A DNA stretch of 55,619 nt from Guillardia theta CCMP2712 (Eukaryota > Protista > Cryptophyta): the NCBI RefSeq assembly GCF_000315625.1, contig NW_005434440.1, forward strand, positions 1 through 55,619, written 5' to 3'. This document shows positions 1 through 13,200 of this stretch, piece by piece. The translations under genes were made by a program, and so were the position numbers. Under the pieces are notes generated by a model. It ran no database searches. It saw only the letters and a program-made list of their open reading frames with translations, and was not told the origin of the DNA. The number at the start of each line of letters is the position of its first letter. Position 1 is the first letter of the stretch.

Positions 1-928
1 AAGGGGGAAGCAAGTAACACGAGGAGAGGAGGGATATGTTGAGGGGATAGTATGTTCTCTTTAGTCTGCTGCCAGTGGGATGAACAGAGAGAAAAAGATA
101 AGGTTGCTCCTACCCTATTAGTAGCTCCAACTCTTTTCCCCTGTTGATTACCAGGTGTGTGTAAAAATACCTAGTGATCGTCTGAGTTCAAGGACTAGGA
201 CTGGTTGATCGTATCAGTCATCATCTCTACCTTATTGATCAGATGGTGAATTTCAAAGGTGTAGGAAGGTACCTCATGAAGACAGGAGAAACGAATGAAC
301 GAAAGCAGCGACGATGACACAGTAAGAACAGCAGGCAAGCACAACAGGAGAGTGAAGATGAAAGAGGATGAAGCCATGAGGACAGATCGAATCTTCAACG
401 AAGGATAAGAAAAGGAATGGAAAATTAACAGGTAAGAACGTGGGAATGAAGCAATATGTAGATAGCAGGATAATGAGATGACAAGAGAAGGAGGCCGAGA
501 AGGGATGATACAAGGATAGGGAGCAAGGGAAAGAAGGAAATAGAGAAGGAAGAGGAGGAGGCTGAAGGGATAAAGGAAGATGATGGAATGAAGAAGGGAA
601 CAAAGGAAGATGATGGAATGAAGAAGGGAAGAACGAAAAGGAGAAAAGAGGAAGGAAGAATCAATGTGAACAAGAGGACATGGCAAGATCAGAGGAATAA
701 GAAGCGAAAATTGTGATGAATTGGACTTGGCATTTCAACCAAATGCTCACAAACAAATAAAATAATCACAAAATAGGAGTCCTCGAGGTATCATACCAGA
801 CTTGAAAAACCGGGATCAAGAATGGAATTTCCTGAGAGGTTAAGAGGTAAATGCAAACGAAGATGACTGGCTGTAAGATAAAAGATGGAGAGGAGAGATG
901 ACAGAGAGGTTCCAAGAGTCCGACTCTT

Positions 929-2110
929 CTAGTCGTCGTCATAGACTTGCGCATAGTCGTAGAGCAGGTGCACCAGGTAGCATTTGATGATGTCGGAGTT
1001 GAGGTTTTCGAGCACAAAGTGAGTCGAAGCATCTGAGACATGCTTCAATAGCGTCTCGTTGCTCAGCGACCGCTTGACGACATCCACTAGGTCGGACACG
1101 TCTCGCTTGAAGGGGATGTAATGTTCATATGGCTTGAGGTCTTGGTACCAGAACTCCTCGTTGCCTGACTCCTGCTTCAACACGACGACGTTGCTCGCCA
1201 GAAAGTCGAGGAGACGATCGGGCACCGAGTTGCCATCAGGAACGATGACCAGCTTGAACTTCCACTGCTCCGAATGAGCCACTCGCTTCTTCACCACGTA
1301 CCCCTCCCTCTTCATGATCTTGGGCAGTTGTTTCGACTCGGTCTGCATCACCCTGGTAAAGCGAGCATCGATGAGGTCTGGGTGATCCAACGAAGCCTTG
1401 ACGATCTTGGTCCTTGCAAAGTTCCTCCAGTTGTCTTCGGTGTAGATGCCACCGGTGGTTGTCCCCCTGAAGAAAGCTTTGCTGATCTTCCGTTCCAACG
1501 GAATGGAGTTGTCTTGCGAGGCAGTCTTCAGTATGTAGTCGGAGAACCCTTGGACTGATCGGGGAGTTGCGAGAATCCCGTTGCTAGACCTTGGCTTCTC
1601 CTGCACGAAGACAGGAAGGCACTCGTTCCTCGCATTCGGAAGACTCAACCCGTCAAACCCGTCGTTGAACCAACAGATGAATTCCATGTCCGGGAGGTCG
1701 ACCTCCTTAGCTAACATGCCGATGTCCTGGATGAGCCCTTCCTCCGTCCTCACGTCGTTCTCCCATGGCGTCCCTTCGGTGCCGTAGTAAGTGACGTGGT
1801 TGTCTTTGATGCTGACTCCTATGTAGTCCTTGTCCTCCCGCACGCTCCTCCGTATGGCAGACCTGGTCACCCGTCCTCGGCATGCGTGAGCGCGGTAGGG
1901 GCGGAGAGACCTCTCTATGTAAGGATGGCGCCTGCATCGCTTCCAGTGGAGAAACTCCTCCCTTGACAGCCTTGACTTGAAGTTGAACAGCCCCAGCGCG
2001 TACATGCTGAGGGCCACGTTGAGGATGATGGACAGGCAGGCGAGCAGGACGACGGGGATGAGGATTCTTCCTCGCAGGTTTGACATGCGAGGAAACCTTG
2101 GGAGCTGCAT
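929..2110 (-). CDS. Glycosyltransferase family 90 (CAP10/KDELC/POGLUT-like), type II membrane protein
   Basis: Intronless ORF with an N-terminal TM anchor (ILIPVVLLACLSIILNVALSMYALGLF). GT90-type motifs: LPDMEFICWFND, KAFFRGTTTG, KFKLVIVPDGNSVPDRL, EFWYQDLKPYEHYIPF. The track start at 2134 is a GTG inside a minisatellite; the first ATGs are at 2110 and 2086. Confidence 0.85.
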   Translation of the reverse strand: MQLPRFPRMSNLRGRILIPVVLLACLSIILNVALSMYALGLFNFKSRLSREEFLHWKRCRRHPYIERSLRPYRAHACRGRVTRSAIRRSVREDKDYIGVSIKDNHVTYYGTEGTPWENDVRTEEGLIQDIGMLAKEVDLPDMEFICWFNDGFDGLSLPNARNECLPVFVQEKPRSSNGILATPRSVQGFSDYILKTASQDNSIPLERKISKAFFRGTTTGGIYTEDNWRNFARTKIVKASLDHPDLIDARFTRVMQTESKQLPKIMKREGYVVKKRVAHSEQWKFKLVIVPDGNSVPDRLLDFLASNVVVLKQESGNEEFWYQDLKPYEHYIPFKRDVSDLVDVVKRSLSNETLLKHVSDASTHFVLENLNSDIIKCYLVHLLYDYAQVYDDD

Positions 2111-2114
2111 CGCA

Positions 2115-2420
2115 TCTATCCTTCCTCCTCTCACTCTTCAGCTTCTATCCTCCCTCCTCTCACTCCTCAGTCTCTATCCTCCCTCCTCTCACTCCTCAGT
2201 CTCTATCCTCCCTCCTCTCACTCCTCAGTCTCTATCCTCCCTCCTCTTCCTCTTCAGTCTCTATCCTCCCTCCTCTCACTCTTCACCCTCTATCCTCCCT
2301 CCTCTTCCTCCTCACCCTCTATCCTCCCTCCTCTCACTCCTCAGTCTCTATCCTCCCTCCTCTCACTCCTCAGTCTCTATCCTCCCTCCTCTTCCTCCTC
2401 AGCTTCTATCCTCCCTCCCC
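2115..2420. repeat. 29-bp pyrimidine-rich minisatellite, ~10 copies
   Basis: Unit TCTATCCTCCCTCCTCTCACTCCTCAGTC recurs at 2115, 2144, 2173, 2202 and onward. Confidence 0.95.
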
Positions 2421-2550
2421 CCTTGTCAGCTTCTTGTCAGCATCGCACACCCCCACCATATTCGAAAAGGTCAGTCAAGCTCGCCTCAGGCAAGGACTAT
2501 CAATAACATGGGGGCAACATTTTCCTCGATTGCTTTTCAGGTCAACAAGT

Positions 2551-2611
2551 CTCCAACTGCCCCCACGTGTAGGTATGTGGGGGCAGTTCCTACATGTGGG
2601 GGCAGTTGGAG
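2551..2611. repeat. 23-bp inverted repeat (hairpin)
   Basis: CTCCAACTGCCCCCACGTGTAGG (2551-2573) pairs with CCTACATGTGGGGGCAGTTGGAG (2589-2611) with one mismatch. The loop is a partial direct copy of the right arm. Confidence 0.8.
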
Positions 2612-3443
2612 GTATGACATGATCAGCTGTAGTGTTGGGAGATCATCAGGAAGTTGATCCGAGTTGTGTGAGGTGTTTGGTTGAGTGTGAGAGTCAGCGG
2701 TGACTTGGTGCGCATATCTGACAAGGGAGTCTTTGTCTTTGCTTGTCTGTCGGTTCTTAATAACCTAATCAGTGACTGTTGAGTCATCATTCAGCTGTGC
2801 ACAGACTTTTAGAGTCTTGAATTGATTCCAATACTCCGAGTGATTTGATTGTCAGATCTTCGAGCGCTAGACTGACTACAAGTTGACTGGGTCTGAGAGG
2901 TTCAACTAGCCTGACTGCCGGCAGTCCCGCCCACGGCGTCCAAGTCGCACTTCAGTATTTCAAACAACTGTACTGAACACTTTTATTCGGGAATAAACAA
3001 AGTGTTCCCGACGAGCAAATGCAAGAGGGAAAGGAGGAGAGACTCAACAGAAGACTCAACATCTGCTATGGCCATCAACTTGCCATGGCTTGTAGCGGCA
3101 GAGGCTGCAGCAGCACAGGATACAACGGCAAAGGTTCAGAAAAGGGAGGAGAGAATGAAGAGGGGAGAAGGGGAGGGGAGGCGAGAGGGGCTGACAAGCT
3201 TGACAAGGTGACGGGGCCGATGTACTACTAATATCTCCCTGCGAACCCCAGACGAGGTCGCCAGCAGATCATGACACGACGACTGCCAATGGCGGCGTTC
3301 AAGAAATGCGAGGACGGCGATCCAGTGGGAGCTGAGATACTGGATGGAGGATAACCTTGCATAACAACAAGATCTCATGTACAAAATCACTTGCTGAGTT
3401 ATCCAGCAGGTGATGACTTGAACATGAAAAAGATATCTTTGTC

Positions 3444-3509
3444 AGACGGTAGTGGGAGAGGAAGGGGAGAAGACGGTAGTGGGAGAGGGAGGGGGGAAGA
3501 CGGTAGTGG
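3444..3509. repeat. 27-bp tandem repeat, ~2.5 copies
   Basis: AGACGGTAGTGG recurs at 3444, 3471 and 3498. Confidence 0.8.
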
Positions 3510-4210
3510 CGTTGAGCACGTGTGAACGAACCTCAACACTTTAGGATATTTTGAGTACCCCACCCCCTAGTCACTCTGATCACTGAATTCCCATACAAAT
3601 GCCCAGACAACAACCCCCTGTGTCTCAGCCGTGATATACCCGTCAGCTTCTCCTCCAGCATCTGCTTACGTCCCCCCTTCCTACCGGCCTCTACCCCCCC
3701 ATTCCCATCGGATTCCAGTACCGTACCCCTACCTCCTGTCAGCCTTTAAACTCAGAATTCCTAGCTTGGAACCACCTGACCCCCCCCCCGAGTTCCCGCT
3801 GAGGAGCACAGGGGTGCGTGTTTCCGTGCTAGGAGCAAATGACTCTTGGATTTGACCCCTCGCCGTTGACCGATGGCTCTTGGGAAAAAATTAGCGGGTC
3901 TCAAATTCTCCTCTCAATCTCTGTTTTCGTCGTTTCGTTTTCAAACTTTGGCAACTGTACGAAATTTACGTCATATCTCCTATATTTGTCGTGCATTTCA
4001 TCGTCTGTACCACCTCCCAAAATTCATGTACAACCATTCCAAATTGAATTCGAGAGATAAAAATCAATTTTAGCTCAAACTGTGAAAGTTTTTCACGTTC
4101 ATGATTATTCAAAGTTGCTAGCGGAAAAGTCAGCGCGCAATGGCGGATGCGCAATGGCGGCAGCAGAACATGCACTGACATGACAGGGTAGCGCAGGCGT
4201 ACCAGTCGAT

Positions 4211-7200
4211 ATGGAGCACAAGCTTTCTATGTCTCTGCGTCTCCAGTGGCATCGCCTGTCTCTGCTGTCTCATCTGATCATCCTGACTTCCAGTGAGAAC
4301 TTTCTTTCCGTATGTTTCAGTTCACCCTCGCTGATACTTTCCGCAGTTTACTTCTTCCTTCCTGCAGTCTCGGCTCAGACTATGAGCTACAATCTTACTC
4401 ATTCTGGATCATGCTCAACAGGTCAGTGTGTCATGCCTGTCGATGCAAACATCTCCATTTCAAGACAAGGCGTCGGCAATCTTGTCAGTGCAAAAGTGTC
4501 GATAGACCTTTATCCATATCTGTGGCCTTATGATAGCACCAAGATCTACCAATTGCGTTCGGCGATACTTCATAACAATATTGAAAAAAAATTCACCATT
4601 ATCAGAGTAATTTTCCCAAGCTCATTCAATGTTTCGGATTCAGTCGTGAACATAGAAGGTGGAGGGAAATTCGGTGTTGGAGTCACTGGACTTGATGGAA
4701 TTACGGATCAGGCTGGTTTTGTGAAAATCTTTCCGTTTTCCAAAGGTTCTATAGTAACTGAGGTTCCTGTAGTCGACAGTCAAATGGAAGGTGTGAGTGG
4801 TGGTAACACAGATCCTTGCAACATGCCTTGCAGCAACATATTTGAGATGCAGACGTATGCAAATACAGACACAGATGTAAAATCATCCACTGTACAGGGG
4901 ACTATTCAAAGACTTCATTTCACTATATCTGGAATTGTGAATCCTCTGTACACTCCCGGAGAGTTGCCTGGGGCATTGCAACAGAAAGCTGTTCAATTCG
5001 GAATCCAGATTTATGACTTCACGATAGACGATCGAGGATACAGAACTTACAAAATGCTGTTTTACAACAATCGTATCAATGACCCACAGTTGAACAAGAC
5101 AACTCATTATTGGTTCAGCAGGACAGGCAACTCCCCAGTGAATCTCACTTCCAACGTGTTGCCAAGGGTGGACCTGTCCTTAGCTTCTCCCAGGTTTTCT
5201 CAGCTGACTTCAGCAAAAATTCAGTTCAAGACGGTTACAGGAATTCCCAAAGGGGGCAGCGTCTTGGTCAAGTTTCCCCCTGACCTTGTCATCAGCTCCT
5301 CGTCGAGGATTTCAGTGTCTTTCATCGATGTGAGGAGCGCAAACTCCTCCAGCAATGTTACAGGAACAACCTATATCTCATCCAAGGACCGCAGCATCCT
5401 GTTCTACAGGATTGAAAGCACGCTAGATCGGAACCAAGATATGATTCTAGATGTCACGAATGTCTTTACTTCTTCACTCTCGCAATCTGGAGCCATTCGA
5501 ATTGAGACCTGGAACGGTACGAACTTCACGCTGGATTATGGCACGAGCAATTCAGTTCCGCTGCAAGCGAATCTATTGAGAAATCTGGTGATTGGGCTCA
5601 GCAGCTACGAGACTGGCAAGACAAATGTGACTGTGTCCATCACATTTCAAATCAACAATCCTTTGGCAAGCAATCTCAGCAGAATCATACTCCAATTTCC
5701 GACCAGCGACTTGTCTCTTGCTGCTGCAAAACCTTCTTTAAAGATGTCTTTGGATGCTCCATACCAGGATTGCAGTCCACGTACACCTGGAGTCCCCGGT
5801 TACACTTCCGTTGAAGTCTGCGCCTCCCAACAGCTGGAAGGTGGAAGCACCGTCAGCTTCGAAGTTGAAGGATTTCGTAATCGACTTCATGCAGGAACTT
5901 TTACCAACAGCATTTTGATTGAAACCCAAGAGATTTTCAGTGGCAGTACCCGAATTCTTGATTTCGGGGCGGCCAAACCTGCAGCGGAACTTGAACCTTC
6001 GAGTCTGGCATACTTGAACGCGACATTTCCATCAACAACGGATGACTTTGGAAATGTGACTGTAGAATTCACTCCAAGCATCTCATTGTCTACCGGAACA
6101 TCATTCATAGACATCAGTCTTACTCCGGGATTTGATGTCTCACAGAATTCCGTTGCTTACTTGGAAGGAGTTCGCAAGTCAACCTTCAATCAGAGCTTCA
6201 TATCAATCGATCTTGATGGCATCGCTTTGATGGCAAACGTCAAGTACAGACTTATCATCGTCGGAGTTGTTTCTCCTTACTACACTATCGAGAGGGCTTT
6301 AAATATTACCACTCGGAATGGAGACGCTGCTGTCTTAAAAGCAGTTCAGAGAGGCAGGTATGCTGATGGATCTTTGAACGCATCGCCGATGCAACACTTG
6401 CAGATGCGTTTGTTGCCCCTTGTGAGTGGGGCAACATCTTCATTGAATATCAGCTTCCATTGTAACAAACAAGTTCCTGCTTACAGTGGGATCTTGCTCG
6501 ATTTCCCGGACGGTTTTGATGTCACAGCGGTGCATGTAGTCAGGAAGCAGAACCTGTCGCTAGTGGCAGATCGTCTTTGCAACATGGAGATCTGCAACAC
6601 AAGTTTTGTTATCAACTCCACATCCCATTTCTTGGAAGGCAATTTTACCTACGACTACAAGAGGATGTTCACTTACTTCGACTACTCTTTGACGGGCATA
6701 GGAGGAAGCCTAGCAGTTCGAGTCGATGGGACTTCACTTGAACTGACGCTCATCGATCGCATTATGAATGCAACTTGGCATCCGCCCTTGTTCAGGCTCA
6801 AACATTGCATGAAGATGGAGGCTCAGCAGTGCTCCCAGCTATGTTCCAGCAGCGTCGTTGCGAATTGCTCGGAGCTGATTCGAGATTCCTACTGGGTGAA
6901 TGTGACTCAGCCGTCCGAGCCCTTGACTGTTGGGTCAAAGATCGAGTTTGAGCTGGAGGGTGTTGTCAATCCAAGAGTGAGCGGCCTGACCGGGAGCTTC
7001 AGGTTGAGAACTTTCTTGAGTGCTGCGAGGTATCTTGAGGGCTCTCAGCATGATGGTGTCTTGCTCCTACCAGCTGCCTTGACAAATCCGTTGATCCAGC
7101 TCAATGACAGCAACGCTTTCGCGGTTACCTCTTTCCAGTTGTATTTCGATGTGTTCAATGGTTTGCAATCCAAGGACATGATAAGGATCGTGTATCCGCC

Positions 7201-10200
7201 CTTCTTCCACTATGAACCTGCTGAAAGTTCAACACAGCTACATTGTCTGAACTCAAGCGTCATGGACGATCTTTCAATCATTGCGAGCAATTCGAGCTAT
7301 GTGCTGTTGCAACGAAAGGGACTATCACTGCAGCAGTGCAGAGGTAGAGTATTTCTACAGTTGTCTGCAATTCAAAACAGGAACGGGTCAGCTGGAGATT
7401 CGGGAGCCTGGACAGTCGAGACGCTGGCATCAAGTTCAAACCTCACCATGGACAAGGGAATCTTCAGCGTTCAAATCACGACCGCACATTTCAAAGACGT
7501 CAAAGTTGACGTCACGGCGTTGGACAGCCGAGCTCCGACAGCTGGGCGAGAGGTCAACCTGACAGTCAAGCTACAAGTGAATCAACCCATGGTTCCTCCC
7601 GACTCTCGCATCGTCATTGACTTGGGATCAGACCTGTCGTTGACCAAAGACACAACCATCACATTCGCCTGCAAGGAGCCCTACGACTATGTGGACTACT
7701 GTCCAGGAGCATCCTGGAACTATACCTGCCCATTCTCCATTCTAGATGTTCAGCGGTCAGGACTGAATGTCTTGACGATCAAGAGACAGAGATGGTCTGT
7801 GCTACATGAGGCGATCGGCAAGACAGCAGAAGAGGGATCTGAGCTCACCTTTCATGTCTCTCCGCTTGCTACTCGCGCTACGGCAGGACCAATCCAAGCT
7901 CTCACATTTCAGCACGTCGCGTCAACGGCAAGAGGGTTGGAGGTTTACGAGCAAGACTCCGTCAAAGTCACCGAGCTATCGCCGTGCCTGAATGAAGCTC
8001 AGGTTGAGTTGCAGGAAGCTAGTCTGGGCTCGAAGACTTCAGTCACAGTCACGTTACGGGTATGTAGTGCTGTGGCGGTTGAAGAGAGGGTCGGACTTTT
8101 CCTCTCAGCCTTCATCTCCTGTCAAGATCAAGACTGCGACAGTTTCCGAGATGCCCGAAAGTTCTCCATCGCTGACTTCAATGTCACAAGTGCAGAGTTG
8201 GAGTACGCTGGTTATCATTTCGGGAATATTTCAGATTCCTCCATCCAGATTTCAAAGTGCAGCAATCAGGATGGATGGAATTTCGGGTCTCGATTACCAG
8301 GTTTGCTTTTCAAGCCTCGAAGGAGCATTGTTGCTGGCGAGCTAATCATCTTCACCATCACCGGATTTCGCAACCCGGTCATCAGCCCCTCGCTGCCTCC
8401 TAGGGCATACGTTCAGACGTTGAGCAGCTCACTCGAAGTTTTCGGTTCTGTCTGCACAGTTTTCAGTCCTGCTGGTGGATTTCAGTTGCCGACGGATTTT
8501 CAAACTGGTTCCTGGGTCACAGTGACCCCCAAGCTCACATATGCTGAGAGCAACTTTTCTCTCGCTCTCGTTTCTCCTCTTCCTGTCAGTCCCAATTCAA
8601 CATTCAAGGTTCATCTCAACCTCCCATACCCCTATGAGTGGCAGGATCCGAAGTTAGTCGAGGTGTTTGTCGATGCCTTTCAAGTTCTCTCAGCTGAGTT
8701 GTCAAACGTCACTCGAACATCCCTGACAGTTGTCCTCGGCTCTGTCAACTTGACCTCAGTGCATGCTGCTCTACGCATCCTCATATCAGGCGTGCAGAAT
8801 CCCAGCTATGAGGAAATCTCGCCTCTCGCTGTGAATGTAACGGTTGAGAGTGAGCAGGGTCAGGAGCAAGCAGAGGTGATTGGTTTGGAGATCAAAGCCG
8901 TGGCATTGAAGAAGGCTGTCTCGGGTCAAATAGCAAGTCAAACCGACCAGCAGTCTGTCTTCACGTTTGCTTTCACCCTCTCCTTGCATTGGGACCTTCG
9001 TGACAGCGTCAGAGTTCAATCTTCTGAGATGTTTGGAACGAAAACAAATGACGTGTTTTCTCAGAATGTCAATACGACAGTGCTGGCTAGCGATGACGTC
9101 TTGAGAGGCATCGAAGGGTCAAACCTGCTTTGGATCACACCATCTGGTTCAATCTTGTCTGGAGATGCCCAACTAACAGTGGAGGCTCAATCTCAAACTA
9201 GTTTTCAAGTTCGATTTGGACTGGCATCAGTCACAGTCTTGAAACTGTCTCCAACAGAAGACCAGTTCCACATCAATTGCTCCAACAACACGCGCGCCCC
9301 TCCCCTTCACAACGAGACTAACTGTACCTTTGAGCTCGATCATGTCTCTTCTATCCCTGCTCACTCGAGAGTTGCGTTTAGCATTGGAGGATACAAGAGC
9401 GCGAGGGTAGGAGGCGTCTACTCCTTCACCGTAGAGATCTGTGAGCTCTCTACCTCGCAAGCAAAGCAGAGACAAACTGCTGTCACCTTCCGTAGTCTCC
9501 TGCCGGCGAAAGATTCAGCTGCTGTCAACTTTACGAGCTGGGACAGACAGGCTTCTGTTGGTGAGAATGGCGATATCAGCATGGAAGTAGCCCTTGACTC
9601 GACAGTTTTCGGCCAGCAGCTGAGGTTGGATTTCCCAGCTGGTCCGAGGGGCTTTTTAGGAGTTGAAAGTATCACAGTGAAAAACTCTCCCGACGTTCTA
9701 TTGATTTCAGCAGGCGGGAGCCAAGTGAACTTGGAACTGTTGGTAGACAACATTCAGTCAGTTCGTTTCACGTTACAAGGAGCATCGTTGCGGCTTCCGC
9801 TCCTATCAGGCTGGAGTGATCCTATTCAGATCATCTCGTCTCGAAAGTCAGACGGGAGGGCAATCAAGACTGCGGACGCGTCAGGGTTGATAGCTTCGGT
9901 CCCCTCCCTGAATAGCTCAATCCTTCCCTTGTTCTCTGCTGCTCGTTTCGGTGCGACTGTGAGTACCGTCGCAAGGGATAGGTACGTTGACGTGCTGATC
10001 AAGAACAGTCAACTTGTTCCGAAAGACGGTCAGTTTGCCTTGAGCTTCCCTTCAGTCTACGACGTTCTGGTTCCTGTCTGCGGAGGCGGGCCCTTGTGGA
10101 GCTGCACCAACAGAGCTGAGTGTGTGGAAGGCTGCAATGAGGAATTGAAGGTTGTGAAGGACATCAAAGTTGTGATTCTGAACAAGACAGTCAATGCTTA

Positions 10201-13200
10201 CTTCAACTTGACGTTGCAGCGTCTTGGAGATGGAGTTGACATCGAAGCCGGATCCATCATTCGGCTGAGGCTGTACAACTTCTCCAACAAAGGATTCTCT
10301 CAAGCGCAGACACAGAACGTAACAGTCGATGAAACATGGAGAGAAAAGTTTTTGATGGCTACGGCGACGTCGCAGGGATATGCGATAGAGACAGGTTCGA
10401 TGCCTGACTTCCAAGTGACTGCGTCAGAGTTTGAATGGCTCGACACATCATGGAGCATGAACAACGACCCAAGTCCATTGCTGTGCCCCCTCCGACAACC
10501 CGCGAGTCCATTGAGCAACGAGTATGCTGGAGCGAGGGCGCACTTCTCGTACTTGAGCATGAAGACGACTAATGCAGTTGCGTCCGGGTCTGTCCTGAGG
10601 TTCAGCTTTCCCAATGAGGACCTTGAAGTTGTCAGGACGACAGTGAACGCGTCACTTGCTATCTTCCGTTGCACCAACCTGTCAAGCAGTCTGGCTCGTT
10701 TGTCCACATTGTCTGCTCTTCGTGCGAATGATCGTGACACGTGCAACGGAACTTTTCAGAACTTCTCGTTTCAGGTGAATGTGAGTCAAGGCAGAGTTGT
10801 TCTTTCCACCATCCTTGGGGACTCGGTTCCTCCGGATGTAACGATCAACATGTTTGACATCGGGAAGTCGCCCGACGGTCTTGACAGTTTTCGCAACAAG
10901 AAGGTGTCAGGTGCTCATGGCATGTATACGTTAGAAACAGTAGACCCCTGGGGTGTTGTCGTTCACCAGCAAGACTTCTTTCCTGCGTACTGTGTCGAGG
11001 GTCGGACAGTGAGAGTTGTCACCAGGAACTATGACCTCACATCAAATTTCTCAGTCTCCGTCACAACAGACGTGGCAGGGGAATCAGGCGATCTGCAAGT
11101 CAAGTTTTCATACTCCCCTGTCATCGATCTTCCATCCTTTCAATCTGACAACTACTTGGTCGTTCACTTCCCATCAGATTTTGACATTGATTCAGCTACA
11201 GGCGAAGTTTTGTCGGGGTCAACCAGAGATTTTGGTTCTGCCGTCGCTCCCGGGACTTGCTTTGCAGAATCCTCAACGACTCCTCGTTTTTACTTCAAGT
11301 TGTCAGTGTTGCGCCGAGAGACTTCAATCATCATCAAGAGTTTCAGAAATCCTCCCTACGCGCAAGGTTTCTCCGTTGCTATCAACCACTCGCCTCTCAG
11401 AGGAACATTCTTGTTCGAAGTTTACGTCAAGTCAGGATCATGTTATCATTCGTTTGCTAGTGGCTCATGGCTTTCAACGGTCGTTCCTGGAACTCTTTCC
11501 TCAGCTGAACTGTTTCCACCTTCTCTTCCAGCTGGATCAGCGAAGGTCTCAATTCAGATCAAGTTCAAGCTTGCCAACATCGTACCAGAGAACGCAACCT
11601 TCATTGTTCGTCTGCCATCAAAGTTGCAATTCACTGACAAGTCTCGGATAGTTCCCAGCACCGAGGGATACATCTTCAAAGGATCGCTAAGTTCAGACTT
11701 TGACAACCAGACTCGGTTTCTTACACCCTACCAGTGCAGCTCTTTGTCATTGCAGTACTGTCCTGGCCCAGCAGAGAATTTCTCGTACTCTGTTGTCAGA
11801 TGTTCTTCTTGTCATTTACAGGCAAGCAGTCCCTCGTTCCTTGCCGATACCCTGGTAGCCTCCAGATCCCCGAGCTTGTCAAACCAAACCTACACCATTC
11901 CAGACATTTGTGAACCACCGTCCATGACAGACATGGAACCTGGATCGTTCATTGTACCGGTTGGTTGCTCTCTGAACGGAGTCAACTACTCCAATCAGTC
12001 TGTTGTCATCGTCTACAGAGAGCTACCTACACCGATCTCTGCCAATCAAACAGTGTCTTTGACCATTCTTGATGTCATCTCGCCGGATGAATACAACATC
12101 TTGCCAGGAAACATTGACGTGCAGATTTGGTCCTCCATTCACAATGCACTTATAGACCGCAACAATCTCATCGCACTGCAGGCAACTCGAACAGGATCAT
12201 TAGTTGACTTGGTTGCTCACCTTTCAAACGTACTTGTTGGACAAAGTACCATCCTTTATCTGAGCTTCAAGATCCCCGGCAAGGTCAATTTCCCTTTGAA
12301 CATTACCATCGACATTGATCGGAGCATGACTGTTGTGGGCCCCGTGATTGACTTGAACTTGTCAAACACGTATAACATCAGTGGTACACCGTTGGTCAAT
12401 GCAGTGACAGGCTCAACAAATCTCACCTTCTCAGTGCAATTGACATACCAGTCGACTGATACACATGTCATGCTGGCTGTTTCAGGACTCAGAAATCCGT
12501 CGGCAGGTGGAAGTTACAACCTAGTGAAGAAACTAGCGATCAGGAAACTTATTGGAGGAACCATCCAGGAAATGTACGAAGCTCCTCTGTCACCAATCTT
12601 TTACATAAATCCCGAGGGTTGCTCTATCAACACTCGGTTTGATGTCTTTCCGTTGACAACGGCCGATCTTGTCAACCTGACAGTCACCTTTGACCAGATT
12701 GTCAATGGCTCGAATGGTCTCAATTTCTCTGTCAGTGTTCCAACCGCTTTGCGTACTTCAGGAGCACTCAGATTGTATTCTGTTCTTGTGAACCAAGTGA
12801 AAGCAGCTCCTTCGGAGACGTCTGTCATTCTGCACGAGAGCTCTCAAGGATCTATTATTGTCGGAAAGGTCTCTGGCCTTTCGCTACTCTCCTGCCCTTG
12901 CACCATCAAGCTTGTTCTTGGACCCTTTCAAACAATGCAAGTGCAGCCTCCTATTCTCGTTGACAATCTCAAATTCCGAACTTTGTCCAGTTTTGACATA
13001 GCAAGCTATCAGCTGTCAGCCTGGGAGTCGCCGCTGTCATGGGGTTCGGAGACGTCAAGAGTTGTCTGTCAGTCATCCAACGCCTCTTTGACTCTCTCTG
13101 GTGCGGGACCGATCTCAAACCTCCTCACCTTGTCGTTGACGAATCCTGTCCTCGGGTATTGGGGCGGCCTTGACATCTCATTTGTGACCCCCGTAGCAGT

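Noticed and set aside
195-700. Hydrophobic minus-strand ORFs (163, 109, 82 aa)
   Set aside because: Artefacts of GA-rich low-complexity sequence, open in all three frames.
1977-2657. Plus-strand 226-aa and 180-aa ORFs
   Set aside because: Produced by the stop-free 29-bp minisatellite and antisense to the GT90 gene.
3000-3420. Possible small spliced gene (AAG|GTTCAG...GCTGAC...AAG)
   Set aside because: No frame gives a recognisable product, and stops follow soon after the putative junction.
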